Source of the DNA: Azolla caroliniana
Lineage: Eukaryota; Plantae; Polypodiophyta
Assembly (NCBI GenBank): GCA_043228905.1
Contig: JBHGNT010000001.1
Span: 744,001 to 808,000 of the forward strand
Reading direction: 5' to 3'
DNA length: 64,000 nucleotides
The notes under the pieces were generated by a model. It was not told where the DNA came from and searched no databases. It saw only the letters and a program-made list of their open reading frames with translations. This document shows positions 27,406 to 41,861 of this stretch, piece by piece (position 1 is the stretch's first letter; the number at the start of each line of letters is the position of its first letter). The position numbers were made by a program, and so were the translations under genes.

Positions 27406-27529
27406 GCTCTTCTTCTCTCTCGTCTCTCGCTCTCTCGCTCTGTGCCTATATATGCACATTCTGTAGACATATGTACATACTCTCTCCATTACCATACATT
27501 CATTCATACGACTTTGATTCTATCTTCTC

Positions 27530-27690
27530 TCATTTATGCATGTTCATGTCTGTATGTATGTATACAGTATACGTATACATATGTATATATAATATATGCA
27601 TGTGCATGCATGCATGTATGTATGTATGTATGTATGTATGTATGTATGTGTGTATGTACTATGGATGTACATGCATGTGTATATGTGTTG
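27530..27690. repeat. (TATG)n/(TA)n low-complexity tract upstream of ACY1
   Basis: Directly visible. Confidence 0.85.
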
Positions 27691-30600
27691 GTCATCGATA
27701 TCCCAAATATTCTCTCATGTCACAAGTACACATGTTTGCCAATAAGGGTACTCTTTTGATTTTGACAAACCAATGCATCCATGGACAACACCCTCCGGTA
27801 CAGAATGTTGTAGTGGTATCCGTGCATTAGTATAAAGAAATATACATGGAGATGTGATTCTCGCGTGATCAGTGGAGGGAACAGACATCTTGGTGGCTGA
27901 AAATGCCAAAAGGGGCTACTACCATCTTTGAATGACAAGAATGAAGTATATCTTTCCAATGAGTAATAAACCGGGACACTAAACAAATTTAACATTTGAA
28001 TCCCCAATTTTAAAACCATGGCACTATCCTTTTAAACTATGGACCATGTCCAGCCAAATGTTACGATCTTTGGTATATAATGTTACATGAAATTGCTAAA
28101 CAAATCTATCCATGCCATCCTCACAACTTCATGTGATGTTAAATGTGAATATTTTGTGTTATTCGTCCAACCATGTAAGCCCACGAAAATATAGAGGATC
28201 CAAAGTTAAAGAGTGCTTATGGTTGGGATCACCTCGTTGTCATATGATTGATCTAAGAAATGGGGTTTGGTCAGTTCAATGGTTGGGAGGAAATATGATA
28301 CATGAGAATATTGTTGATTCATACATTCAAGGCATCATAAAAAAACATGGAACTCGCGATCCTATTTGGGGTGTTGTACTAGGAAGGTCCATGATAAGAG
28401 ATCTTTGGGGTTTAGAATGGCTCAACATCCACTTGAGTGAAAGTGTGTGAAGGATTTTGCAACATGAAGGGATTTCATAATATCCATAAGATATGTAACA
28501 TTCGATTGTACCACCGTATCTACCTGACAAAATGAGTGAGAACCATGGCTTTTGTAACGTAGGGGTTTCGAAAGTTTCCTTTACTTTCCCCATGTTTATG
28601 GAAATGCCTTATTTGTTGAGAACATGCATGTCCTAGTAACATGTGTTTGACATCCTAAAAACACACTTTTTAGGATTTACGATACGCGGGTTCACCTTAC
28701 ACTTCTCTAGAAACTAATGAATTTATCCACACCTCTTATCTTAAAGGGAAGCGACCTTTACTTAGGCGGGTTACTTAGATTACATAGCCAAAAAAATTGT
28801 CTTTTTCTTGGTATTGAAATTCTGTTTGAAAGGAAGATAGAGCCACTCTCGGCTCAGTTTTACTACTAGCGAGTAAAAAACCAACCCGACTCGGCACACC
28901 TAATGCTCCCAATACTATACGCAAAGGCTCTATAGTAAGTGACAGCCCTAAAAGCAATAGTCTTATTGTCTTATTAGAAGGAGTTCATCCTATGCAAACC
29001 CTTGGTGCATTACCCACCTCAGTTGACACTGATAAGCTTAAAGCTTTTAAAACTCTAGTTTGATGTGTTGGAAGTTCATGGAATCATTTTGACCATGAAC
29101 ATCATCACAACCAGTATGAATGAGTCTGATATTGTGATGAGCATTGTCTTCTCCTAGTCTTTTGAGGTCATGCAACATGATTGACACACTACCCTATCCC
29201 TAAGCTTGATAATCACATCGGTACACTTTGAGTGCCCTCGCACACTTCCTCTTTTTCGAGTACTATGATAATTTATTTCATGAGCTTATATGAAGAGCTC
29301 AATTATAACTTCAAGTGATAGTCTACGTTTCCATCAACAACACCAAATTACGCATGTCAACTCAACGTGCATTACACTAAGCACATGGCTTTCTCTCGTC
29401 TATACTTATATTTCCCTTTTGAGGTTGCTAAACATGACTAGATTATTCAATCTTTTTGTCAGCATGGGTATGAGTGGTTATCAATCACTCTTAAGCTACT
29501 AATACCCAATAATCACCTAAAAGAACCTCCTCGCGATCTCCCATGGTGATGAAGTATTATAATTTTAAAAAAACACTTATTCAATCTAAAGACATGAAGT
29601 AGGGCTTGAAATTACGATTTTCTAGTTGCAAAATATACAAGGAGGGCATCTCCTACCATTTTCATCATAGACAATTTTTTGCATGAATCCATAATTATTT
29701 CCATAAGGTCTCGTCCTCATGCATGGCTTCGAGCTAAAGTATTCTCGATTCTTCATTACATATAAGATGTCATGTTGATGTTTCACGCATTTTACACATT
29801 TGATGTAATTTTCAATAATGAAACCAAATATTTCATCATTCGCAAGAGTGTGTGAATTGTGGCTTCTTCGTAAAGTTGTTGTATGAGGCCCATATACGAA
29901 GAATTAAATGAAAGGATGGTTACGATGATTCTGCAAGCGAGCATGACCTTCCGCAATTAATAGCTATTCACATTCCCCTTAATTTTCAAAGAAAAGCCAA
30001 TTTAGCTATGTGGAAGGTCTTCAACTCAACGTGACCATACCATGTTAACGGGCAAACATGATTTGCGTAATGCATAGATCCATTGTCCTCTTACGACAAT
30101 TGGTATCTTTCATGGACTTTTTCAACATGAAGTCCTTCACACATGCTAAGATGACATTAAGTTTGGGTTCTCTTTTATATTGTGGTCTTACATAATCTAA
30201 AATTTGACTTGATGCATAATTCATTATTCCCATTTCCCTTGAAAACTGAGATGGATGATTGTAACGAAAATCCAATTAAATTCAAATCATTGTGATTTCA
30301 ATGCAAATATGGAAGTTACGATACAATCATTTCAAAATTTCTAACTTTCATCAAGTCATAGAAGTTTCCTTAGTATATGTTTTTAAATGTCACGTGTGGT
30401 GGGAAGGCCAATTTAAACTTTATTGTGACGCATGTTAATTCACATGATTAGTTTTTCCTCCTTGCAAGTGTGAGTAAATATTCTTTTTTGCACGGCTTGT
30501 GAGTGGTGACTCAATTAGATGGAATTTGCTAAATAAAAAACTACTATCACTTAACTAGTTATTACATGATTAATAAATGTACAAATTCATAAGGGCATGT

Positions 30601-32099
30601 ATACATACATTGACACCCCGCAATTTCTATTCAAAGTCTCATTATTCTCCAAGCTAATATATATCTTTCACATTCTCCATGTTGTTTGATCACAATCCTT
30701 TACCTATTGTGGATAAAGAATGACAATACATTTTCTAAATGTTTCTTTAGCCCATACATAAACAACAATAACATATTTTGACATTTCATAGTTTAATTGC
30801 GCACAAGTGACAATTGACCCGTGAATTTACCATGATTGATCAATGATAAATTATACTCAACCATCATCACTATTCACAAACCATATAGCATTATAAAGTA
30901 AACATGTGTGGTTGATGCAAAGATAAATACAATAACCATGTAATTACTAACATCTTTGTGTTAAGCACACAACAAATTTTGGGAACTGGTATAGCATGAA
31001 GTACATAAGGCTCAATTCCACTAAATAAAATAGTGGCTAAAGTGCATCGCATAGCTCATGGGTGAATGTCTATTATAACATAATTTCGCACAATGCTAAT
31101 TCAATCAAATACATGCTTAAATGTGCAAGGAAATCAATATATAGTTTTCAATTAACCTATATATGTGTTTGTTCTCAAGGTTATAAAAGTCAAATTAAGC
31201 ACGTACTTAAAAACCAAAGTAAAAGTAAAACAAGTAATTTATCGATAGCCTTCCTTTAATCAATGCAATATCAATGGTTATAAATTATGTATGTATATTA
31301 GCTTCATTTGCTTGATAATGTCATTAACTGTAGCTCTTAATAAAAGTTGCTAACCATTGGATTAAGCATCTAGTATGTCTATCTACATTCTCGAATTAGA
31401 ATGGTACTTAGCAAATTAAGCATGGTTCGATGGGAAAAATTTTGATCCCTCTGAATCCACAAATACAAACTGATAAACCTCAAATATGGCAACTAGTAAG
31501 TAGTATTACAATTGAGTATATTTGGGAGGCTTGATGTTTGAAGGTAGTTCAAAATATGACTGAAAGACTTGCCCAAATAATTTTGAGAATTTGGATAGAG
31601 ATTGTGCATAATCTCAGAGGGTTGTTGGATAGTATAAAGGTAATACGCATCAAACGGAGCTTAAGCATTTGGAGTTTCATGCCATTTGGGACATACGTAT
31701 ATTTTATAGACGGCTTTTTAATAAGGTGGAGTGGTTTTACTCAACACCAAAATTTTTATTTAAGTTGATGGTTAGAATTTAGAAAAACATAGGGGATTGG
31801 TGATATATCTTGTATGTTTAGCCTTATGGTGTTTTCTAATATGTACTAATGTAGTATCTTTTTTGGAAAAAAAAAACATTTAATTTGAAGATCTAGGACA
31901 ATCTCACTCCTTCATTATAGAGTACTCAATATTTAAATCCTATAATTCCATAAACTCGTTTCTTGATTACAATAACCTGGTCTATTTAAAGGTATAATTA
32001 ACTATTTGTTTAACCTTAATTTGGACATGATTAAGACCCTAAAGTTGATGAAGCACATTATGAGTGATTTTGAAAATACCAAAACATACTTTTTAAAAG

Positions 32100-32290
32100 T
32101 TTTTTTTATTTTTTTATAAAGAAAGATACACCACAATATATTACTTGAGAAATGCACATATAGAAAACAGAAGGAGACATTTCATCTCACATCTATTGTG
32201 ATACAAAGGCTAATACCAACATCTGATCAAATATATGATATCATATAAGAAACAAGTGAAGCGCAAACTACAAGCTATGCAACATACTTT
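32100..32290 (-). mobile_element. Short 5'-truncated LINE 3'-end copy
   Basis: Poly(T) followed by AAAGATACACC...GAAGGAGACATT...CATCTGATCAAA, homologous to 3600-3760. Confidence 0.6.
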
Positions 32291-33154
32291 TTAAAAGTTA
32301 TGATACATAGAAGCATATTATTGCAATTTGTGCATAGAATTTATACAATAATAATGTGGTTTGGTTTGTTGCCACACTTGTTTTATTCATTTATTATAAG
32401 GAGTATGCAACCTTCATACACAAAAAAGAAAAACCTTTGCTTGGTTAAATTGACAATAACAACGATGCTATTTGCAAAGTAAACACTCACAATAATTGTT
32501 TGATTAATCGTTGTTTTCTTGCTTTTAATCTTTTCCACTTTGTTTTTCATCATATAGTAACGTTAGGAAGAATGAAACTATGCATCCATATTGTCGTGTC
32601 ATGGTCATCATTATCACCATCATCATCTCATGTCTCCCCCTTCAAGGTTATTTATTCGGCATTAAATAATATAACAGTCAACCAACTAGGCTATCACCTT
32701 CATTGGATATAATGTGTACTTTTTACTCATTGATAGAAAAACATAAATGAATGTGCAAGACCATCATTGGAGTCCTATACCTTGCTATATAATTTATTAT
32801 CGCAATTAGACCCTACTATGTTCACATCGAGTTAGAAGAACTAAGAGCAGATGGCAAGAACCTTGATGAGAGGCACCATAGTAAGTATTCTTTTAAATCA
32901 TTTTTTACGAGTTGGACATAAATTCTTCATTTATTAATACTCTTTTTATGCATTCTATTTTAACCATACTTGATTCCATGATATAGTAGTGATTCTTTTA
33001 AAAATTGTATATAAAAGGGCATGCAAAATTCACAAAAATCTAACATAAAAGACTATTATGTTGGCATTGAACGCACATCTTCGTGATGATTTATTTCGTA
33101 TACATATTGGTAACATGAATTTCTAGTTGTAGAATACCTTGAAAATACCCTTTA

Positions 33155-33275
33155 GTAGAACATCAAATAATCACAAATTATCATATCAATGGTTCAATTA
33201 ACAATATAAACAAAGGTAGAACATCGAATAATCACAAATTATCATACCAATGGTTCAATTAACACAATAAACAAA
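33155..33275. repeat. Tandem duplication, about 61 bp x2
   Basis: GTAGAACATC.AATAATCACAAATTATCATA.CAATGGTTCAATTAACA repeated. Confidence 0.85.
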
Positions 33276-35134
33276 GGACACACAAACACATGTCATGGAG
33301 TAGGTATAGATATACATATAATGCAATTGTACCATTCTTGTTGATAGGATAAAGAAGACAACAAACACAAAAGATAAGTGAGGAGGATACGTAAGAACTA
33401 AGTAGTCCATAAGTACCACTACCAACTCTAACTAGAGCACACACGATTTTTTCTTGACATATTTGGTTTGTTATTAACGAGGATGGAACTCCAATGACCT
33501 ATTTAGCTTTAGATGAGCAACTAACCCTTGGAATTTTGGTAAACCATTCAAGTAACGATGACAAGTTAATAGTTTGAATTTTATGTTTGTCAAGATGTTG
33601 GCCAACAATCAAAGGAACCATGAAGGAAAAATGCCAATTCCCTCTCATCGTACAACAGTGGCAATGGACTTCATTATGTGGAATGCAATGAAGTGATTTT
33701 ATACAAGTACACCAATCTCATCGATTCCCATGTTGACATGCTCCTTTGACATTATTCACGTTGATGATAGAGAGGATGGATGACCAATGACCATGGAATG
33801 GCAATTCCATAGGTTAAGGTGCAGAGACACGTGACATCAAATTGATTGACCATTGTGACTTATTCACTACTATCACATGTCAACAAGAAACCACAATAAC
33901 CGACAAAGTTTATCATCTTGCTGGATTCATAGTGTGTAATGATATTGTGGCATAACATCAAGTATGGTAGGGGTGTGATTTTGGACCACAAATTGTCGAA
34001 ATGGCAAAAACCATTGGCATGCAAGTCATTGACGAGTAACATATTTGTGTTCAAATTTGGATGTGAAGTGAGATCGATTCTCGATCAAGCCATACATCAT
34101 CCACCCTTGATCGAGCCAATGACAATGACAAACACAACTATCCACCCTCAATTGAACCAAACACAATTACTAAACACTAGCAAACACAAACGAATAAAGA
34201 CACAAACACTTACTATCCAACTCTCTATCGAACCAAACATAAACATAGACACAACTATCCAGTCCAGGTCGAACCAAACACACCACCAATTGTCCGACAT
34301 GCTAGCCATATATATGATCATGTCGAAGAACAATTGAGGCAGACAACACCTATCGGGCGAAGCAAAGACACAAACAATACACCATATCGTTATAGGCACT
34401 ATCCACTCTCAATGGGCGACAAAGATATACATAGATAATGTCATATATGTATGTATGTATCATGTACATATGTATGTGCAAGAAAGAGCAAGAGCACTAA
34501 TAGTAGGCTCCTCTCCTCCTCCATGACAACAACAACAACAATATAGTTACTCTTTAAATTTACACAAACACACAGAAAAGAGACCCCCCTCCCCCCACCC
34601 CTCTCTCTCTCTTTCCAAAATTCAAACGTTCCATTTTCTTCCCTCTCCCTTCTTCCCCCCCCCCCCCCCCCCTCTCTCTCTCTCTTCTCTTCTCTTCCTC
34701 TTCTCTTCAAAGATTTTCATGTAACAGGGTTTCATTCTCTATTAGGGTTCCCTGCCCCTGTATCCGTCTCTGTGTTCTAATAGGGTCCTCTTTCTTTCTT
34801 TCTTTCTCTTTCTCGCTCTGTTTTTAGTTCTCCCGATCTGTCTCTCCAACCCCATCGCCATAGCTCCCGCATCTTTTCTAACGCCAATACTTTTGGTGGG
34901 TCTGTCTCTTTTCTTCTTCTTCTTAATCCGAGAATCCGATCAGAGCGATGGAGGGAAAAAAGAAAACAAAACAACAGAAGAAACATCAGGAAAGGTAGTG
35001 CTACACAGATATACACAGTCATTTATCTATAAAAAATCCATCGTGGGTTCTGTCGGATCGAGCCATTGAAGCTGACAAAGGAAAGAAAGGAAGAAGTGTG
35101 AAGCGGAGTTTAGGTCAAACGCAGGATTTGAGCC

Positions 35135-38100
35135 ATGGTGGGTGGAGAGGTGGGGGGAAGGAAACTTAGGCCGAGAGTGACAAGATCGGCAGCAATGGCA
35201 CCAGAGGTTTATCGGAAGTCTGTGGGCAATGAGAACACGGGTGTCTTACTGAGTGGTGTACCTGGGCACCCTAGGAAACGTGCTGCCCCTACCGGCACCA
35301 ACGATGAGAACAAAGAGAATTTGGTCGGCGGACCTGGCCCAAGGAAACGTCCGGCTCTCTCCAACTTAACCAACAATGTCTCTTCTAAACCTGCTCAGGT
35401 GAGTGGCTCTCTAACATTTAAATAGTAATCACCGTAATCGCTCATCATCTACATACTATGGACCATATTCATCGTGTCTTATTTTGCCTTTCTTCTCTGA
35501 ATGTGCGTGTTTGAATTGTTCTTTTTTTGTTGTTGTTGTGCGTGTTAGAAATAGATTCTCTGATATATTTAGATTTTCATCCTCCTCCTCCTCCTCCTCC
35601 TCCTTCTTGCTATCAACATCATCATTATAATAAAGGCAACTACTCCATCACCATCTTATGAATTGTAAAAAAATTCGTGAAATATTCTGAAATAATTAGA
35701 ATCATTAAGCCCAGAGTGTCTTACTTAAGTTCTCTTTATTTGATTAACTTTGCATTTCTTTGGTCAATGAATTAAAAAAAATAAAGATTTCTGAGTTAGA
35801 AGTAGATTTTCTTTGCTAGAAGTTGATTTATTTCGGATGCACTTAGAGGCCCTCATTATCGTCATACTATGTTATATTACGCATTTGAGTTTTCTTTTCT
35901 TGTATGTGTTTGAGTTTTTCTATCTATGCCATATGCGTTTGTTAGAAGTGCATTTATTTGCTCGAAGTTTCTCTTAATATCTCTCACGTATATGCTCAAA
36001 TATGTGTTAGATTTTTTTTCATGTTTTGTGTTCTCACATTTAGATAACATCATTACCTGCATAGCATAAGTTTTCTTTATTTTTCTGTAAGTGAGCCTAT
36101 GGTGAATGCATTTTTTTGAAGTGGAGATGTTTTGTTTGAATGAGTTTTATTTTTTAAAAGTTGTTTGAAGAAGAGAGACCATCCCATCATAATCTTACCG
36201 CGATGGCCTATTTTTATGCTTTATGGATATACAAGAAGTGAAAAAAATCTCTATCTTAAAGCCTTTGGAAGTTCTTACAGAAGTAGATTCATGGCTAAAA
36301 TGCAAATGGGTCCGTCAAAATTCCATTTGAAGAGCATATGAACAGCCTCAACGTGTCTTTTAAAATTCATGTACCTAATTTACTTTGCTGTGCTCAGTAC
36401 ATTTGCTAGAAGTTTCGTACAGAAATAGCTTATAGAAGTGAACTCTTCAATAGCCTTAATGATCCTTTAGAAGTGATTATAGAAGCAAACTTAAGGATAG
36501 AATCAATTTATATAATGCATCCATTAAAAGTGCATTTTCTCTGCGTTAAATCATGTGATAGTGCTTATGGAAGCAAATTCAAGGATAACCGCAATTAATC
36601 TTTTAGAAATTCTAATTTGAAGATTAAGACCAACATATTTATGACCAATAATTTTGTTTTTGATGTTCTCCGATTTTCTTTCTATGATCAAATGCATGAA
36701 GGAGTATATGGGAGTGCATATAGAAGTAGATTTTCATGGGTAGACACAATGGGTGTGATTTAGATGATCATATTCTGATCTAAAGTTTTAGGTTATCATA
36801 TTTATGTCCTAGAAGTTTAATTATAGGTCATAAATTATAAATACTAAAAGCGAAATTACAATGCCTTGAAGGATGTAATAGCGAGTATAGATATAGACTC
36901 ATGACTAACTGAAATATGTTTAAGTTGAATGCATATTTGAGCTATTCTTGCCCGAAAAAGCTTATGGCAGTGCTTATAGAATTATATAATTTCATCTTCC
37001 AATTTCAATGCCGCTTAGTTTTTAATCTTCCAAGAATTTAGAACAGCTCATGAACTGCTAGGGTATGCTCGATGGGCCTTTAAAAAATCTGATTGAAAGG
37101 CTATGTTAGTATTTGCATAATGATGAGGCTAATAAGATTAGTTATTGTAATAAGATTATGCCATATCTTATGAAGTTCTCTTTATATTCTTCATTTATCT
37201 TCTATGTTTGGTGCATCTGTAACAACTCTTTAAAGAGACTTTTTCTCTGCCTTCAATTGTATGCAAATGTGAATAGAAGTTTTTATGAGTCACCTGCTAG
37301 ATCACCTTTAGTGGGTCTTTTAAAATATATGTTTTAAAGATTTAAATCACTTTATAAACACACACTGCCATTGGTATACAAAAATTTAAACTCCAAAGAT
37401 TTAGATCACAAAATAAGTTCTCTTTTCATGTTCACCGCAGTTTACTTTGCTTTTCTTTGTTTCATGCACACATTTGGAAAGCTACTTTTATCTTCTGGGT
37501 AAAAGTCGATTCATGGGTGACCTGTTAGTCTGTCTTTTAAAAATGTTTGTTTTCTAGGCGTTTGATGAAAATATTTATGATTTTGTTAAGATGTATAGAG
37601 TGGTTATGCGACACCCAATCCTTGTATACGGTTCATTGTTTAAAGTGATAGATAAGTCATCAACATGTATTATATCATATACATATCGGTAAGTTTTTTA
37701 CCTTGTGGGCCTCAAAGGTGTCCCAATTAACAATTCAACATTTCTTTATATGATATACCAATGTCCTTGGCAAATATTCAAATAATACCCTACTAGCTTA
37801 GCCATTGATGAACCCAAAAAAATCCATCTTAGCATGCTCACTCCACAGATAGCATATGTTGATTTACAGTTTAAAGCGTTCGACTAATCATCCTCTATTA
37901 TATCATGCATGTTTATTCTGATACCATGCTGATCATATGCCATGTCGAAGTAAAAGGTATGACTACAAGAGTGTTATGTGATCAAGCTGAAAGTAAGCAT
38001 TACTGGAGGATTAATTTGATTGTATACATTAAATTGTTTGGTTGATATTATGTAATCACATGCGAGCAGTGCGTAAGAGAATATTCAAACCATGTCTACA

Positions 38101-40407
38101 AACACAATGATTTGAGTTAACAAATAAAGAATCACATTCTATAATATATACTTGAGTCTGAATGGAATATGCTTGTCTCGGATGATTGCTGTTCAGGGTA
38201 AAACCAAGAGTGAAATAGTAACTGTTCAACAGAAGCCAGTTGGAGTAACACATGAAAAGCCCAATACTACGCAGCAGGTGAATGTTGAAGTGAAACATGA
38301 AAAACCAGTAGGTGCTCAGGAAGTTAATGTCGACGTAATTAAACCAAATTTCAAGCTCAAATCTGAGACAATACCTACGGAAATTCCTGTTTTGCATCAT
38401 CATTTAGAGGAAAGAATTGCAGAAGTTATTAGCAATGTACCGATGCCAGAAGTAGCATGTTTAGTAGAAGGAGAGGGGTGGTCATGTAAAAACTACACTG
38501 ATATTGATGATAATAAAGATCCACAGATGTGCTCTACATATGCTGCTGAGATCTATTTTCACTTGCGAACTGCAGAAGTAAGTGTACACAATTCTGCTTG
38601 TGAGCTTATTCATGAAATGAATCACTTCTAATGTATATATCCTTGCTTATTTTTACTGAACACTTTCCAGCTAAAGAGAAGGCCATCAATCAACTTCATG
38701 GAAACTTTGCAGCAGGATATAAATACCAGTATGCGATCCATTCTTATGGATTGGCTTGTTGAGGTGATTATATCTATAAAGTTCTTTCATAATGGTAATT
38801 AGTACTTATTTTAAAGATAGTACACCCTTTTCATTTCTCAGGTGGCTGAGGAGTACAAGCTTGTACCCGACACTCTATACCTCACAGCCACATTCATTGA
38901 TCGTTACTTATCGGAGAATGTAGTGACCCGTCAATCGTTGCAGTTATTGGGGGTTTCATGCATGCTTATTGCTTCGTATGTTACTCCATAAACAAAAGGG
39001 CACAATGTACCATATCATATTTAGCATAACAAAAGCTCACATTGAAGAACTTCATAATAAAATCTCATGTTGTACCGTATCATATTTAGGAGAGTAGAAA
39101 CCTTATTGTACCATAAGATAAGTTCATATTTAGTATAATAAAAGATCATATCTGGAGCTTAGCTTATAATATTTACTGTCAATTTTACAGAAAATATGAG
39201 GAGATATGCCCTCCACAAGTTGATGAGTTTTGCTATATCACTGATAACACTTATGGTCGACGGGAGGCAAGTGTGCATAGAATATATTTTTTCAAAGATA
39301 TTCTAGCATGCTTACGGTTAAATGATGTTGGAATTCCTTACCAGGTCCTTGAAATGGAAAAGAAAGTCTTAGATCGATTGAAGTTTGAGCTTGCCGGACC
39401 AACAACCAAAACTTTTCTTCGGTTACTATATTTCGCATAATTTTGTTTCTATTCAAGCTTTGTATAGACCCCTCCAGTTCTTCTAATAATGTGCATCTTG
39501 ATTGCTGCACCAGGCGCTTCGTTCGTGCTGCACAAGCTGGGCAAAAGGTGAAGAAATATCACTTTTAATTTGAATGCCACCATTCCTTCGGGTGTGTGGA
39601 AGTTTATTTGTGCCCTGTCCTATTATTTTGGTGCTTATACATATATAGATTTAATGATTATGCAGATATCCACCCTTCAAATGGAGTTTCTTGGGAACTA
39701 TTTGGCAGAGCTAACATTAGTAGAGTATGGGTTTCTTCAATACCTGCCTTCAATGATTGCTGGATCAGCAGTTTTCTTGGCTAAAGTCACACTGGACCCC
39801 ACTTCTAGGCCTTGGGCAAGCTATCAACTTTTGAACTATATAACTAAAGACTTTGTTACTCATTTGTGAAATAGACTCTTGAATTCTTTACTATCTAGTC
39901 AGTGAAATTGGACTTTTGGTTCTATCTTGTCTCACTTGATTTTTCTTTATTCTCTTTCTTTCCCAGAATGCGACTCTACAGCACTATTCAGGCTATAAGC
40001 CCTCCGATTTGAAGGAATGCGTGAAAGCCATTCATGATTTGCAATGCAACAAGAAGCATTGTACATTACCGGCAGTAAGGGAGAAGTACAAACAGGCAAA
40101 GGTATGTTTGGCATGTCCATTAATTTGCAACCCTTTGTGCATGCCCATTTGTATTTAAAATCCTTTTGGCTTGTCCATTAAGCTTTAAAATCTGTTTTGG
40201 CATGTTCGTTAAGTTGAATTCTCTGTTAAATGTCCACTACGTTTTAAATTCTTTACTTGCATGTCCGTTAAGCTTTTGGCATGCTGGGCCCCCCTATACA
40301 GTATAGCTTTTCTTTTCTGATTCTGTTTTTCTTTTCAGTTCAAATCAGTATCGAGCCTTCCACCTCCAGCTTCCATTCCTCTCAAGTACTTTGAGGACGT
40401 TCTGTAG
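35135..40407 (+). CDS. CYCA: A-type cyclin, about 470 aa, 10 exons
   Basis: Exons 35135-35398, 38197-38577, 38671-38763, 38842-38975, 39191-39266, 39345-39421, 39514-39547, 39666-39815, 39967-40101, 40339-40407. D-box RPALSNLTN, MRSILMDW plus the CYCA signature LVEVAEEY, KYEEI, FCYITDNTY. Introns 5 and 8 use GC donors. Confidence 0.95.
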
Positions 40408-41790
40408 CATATTGCAAGCCAGTCAATCCTCCATTTGATGAATGCTTTTACGAGATAAAATATATTTCAATGGCATAATGCTCAAACCTCGGCTCTTGGT
40501 TCTCGAGTGATTTGTATCAGATATGGATGGACTCACTTCCTCCAACCTATATCTTAAGTAAAGCATAAAAACAAGGAAGTTTTCTACTTTAGTAAGCTTT
40601 CTTTGATCCTACAATCCAGCTTCAATTCTAAGTATTCAAACTCTTGAGAAAAACAAATGTTTTACGACACTTTACAAGGATTATTTAAGAATGCTTGAGT
40701 GAAGCTCATGACCTCTTGGTTCACAAGGTCAAAAGATTTGTATCACCATCACTTGCCTGGGATTATTGCAAATGCTTAAAGTGGACTTTTTTCTTTGCAT
40801 GTTTTGGTTCCATTCTTTTTTTTCTTCATTTAATTGTTTGAAAAAGTCTTTCTCTTTCTAGTTAAGGTAGGTAAATGACTCAAGCTAGTGAATTTAGTAA
40901 AGTGAGTGATGTTACTCAAGGGTGGTTAAATTAGTCAATATGGTCAAGGTAGTTGAGTTAATCAAATTAGTTCATATAAAGCCTCCCTGTGTAGGAAAGC
41001 ATCCTTGCCCTTTTATAGTTTTCAGAACTTACAAGCAAATGTAGAGGGTTAAGTTCGTTTGGTTCATCCATGGGCTTTTCACATCTTGATTTATGTGAGT
41101 TGTACATTGCTTAAAGACACCCCATGAACAAAGCTAGTTTGGTAAAGATTTTACAATGTAACTCAAATGACTATCCAATGAGCAGACAATTTGAGAAATT
41201 AGAATGATATCCTCAAGCACTCTAGATGAGACAGTAACTACTTATTATGTCAACATTTTGAATCTGTCTACAATGTAAACCGCTACAATTGATAGTCCAC
41301 CAGACAAATTCATTCTATTATTTCACTTTCGGTTGATTATGTGCGATGTACAATATCCCATTGCAGAATTTTCATTGTTTGTATCAATTGTAGGTTTGGC
41401 AGGACTGCATGTGCGTAGCATCACTGATGTATTAACAATCTATTGAGCTTTGGATCCTCCCAATCTGTTATCAAGGCATGCTAAAAGAAATGTCAGATTG
41501 ATCGAAGCGAATATGAAATTTTTATCAATGGGTGGGGTAAGTCTGCATTTGCTAAATTGAAGGTGATACAAAATATGCCCAAAATATTTCAATGTGCCAA
41601 GAACTAAGAGGTAACATTTTTTGCTTAGAATTTCCTCCTTTGAGATTATGTCATACGGCTCGTAGAGAGCTTCAATTCAAGAAATAGATTTCTTAATCAA
41701 AGTTATGTTTAGAAACATGAAGATAATAGAGAGAAAGATACAGAAAGAAACCCTAGAGAGAGAGATAGAGAGGGAGACTCGAGAGCCTAG

Positions 41791-41861
41791 ATGGATGTAG
41801 CTCAGTTTGTAAGTTTGCCAATGGAGATCAAGTGGTCATGGGTTTAACCCCTACATTCCAT
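41791..41861 (+). pseudogene. tRNA-derived SINE head or tRNA pseudogene
   Basis: GGATGTAGCTCAGTTTGTAAG (A-box-like) and GGTCATGGGTTTAACCCC (B-box-like), with complementary ends ATGGATGTAG/CTACATTCCAT. The anticodon arm is degenerate. Confidence 0.5.

Noticed and set aside
27406-27507. Upstream in-frame extension of the aminoacylase ORF (MNECMVMERV...)
   Set aside because: Encoded by TA/GA low-complexity sequence. The Met at 27405 directly precedes a signal peptide and fits family length.
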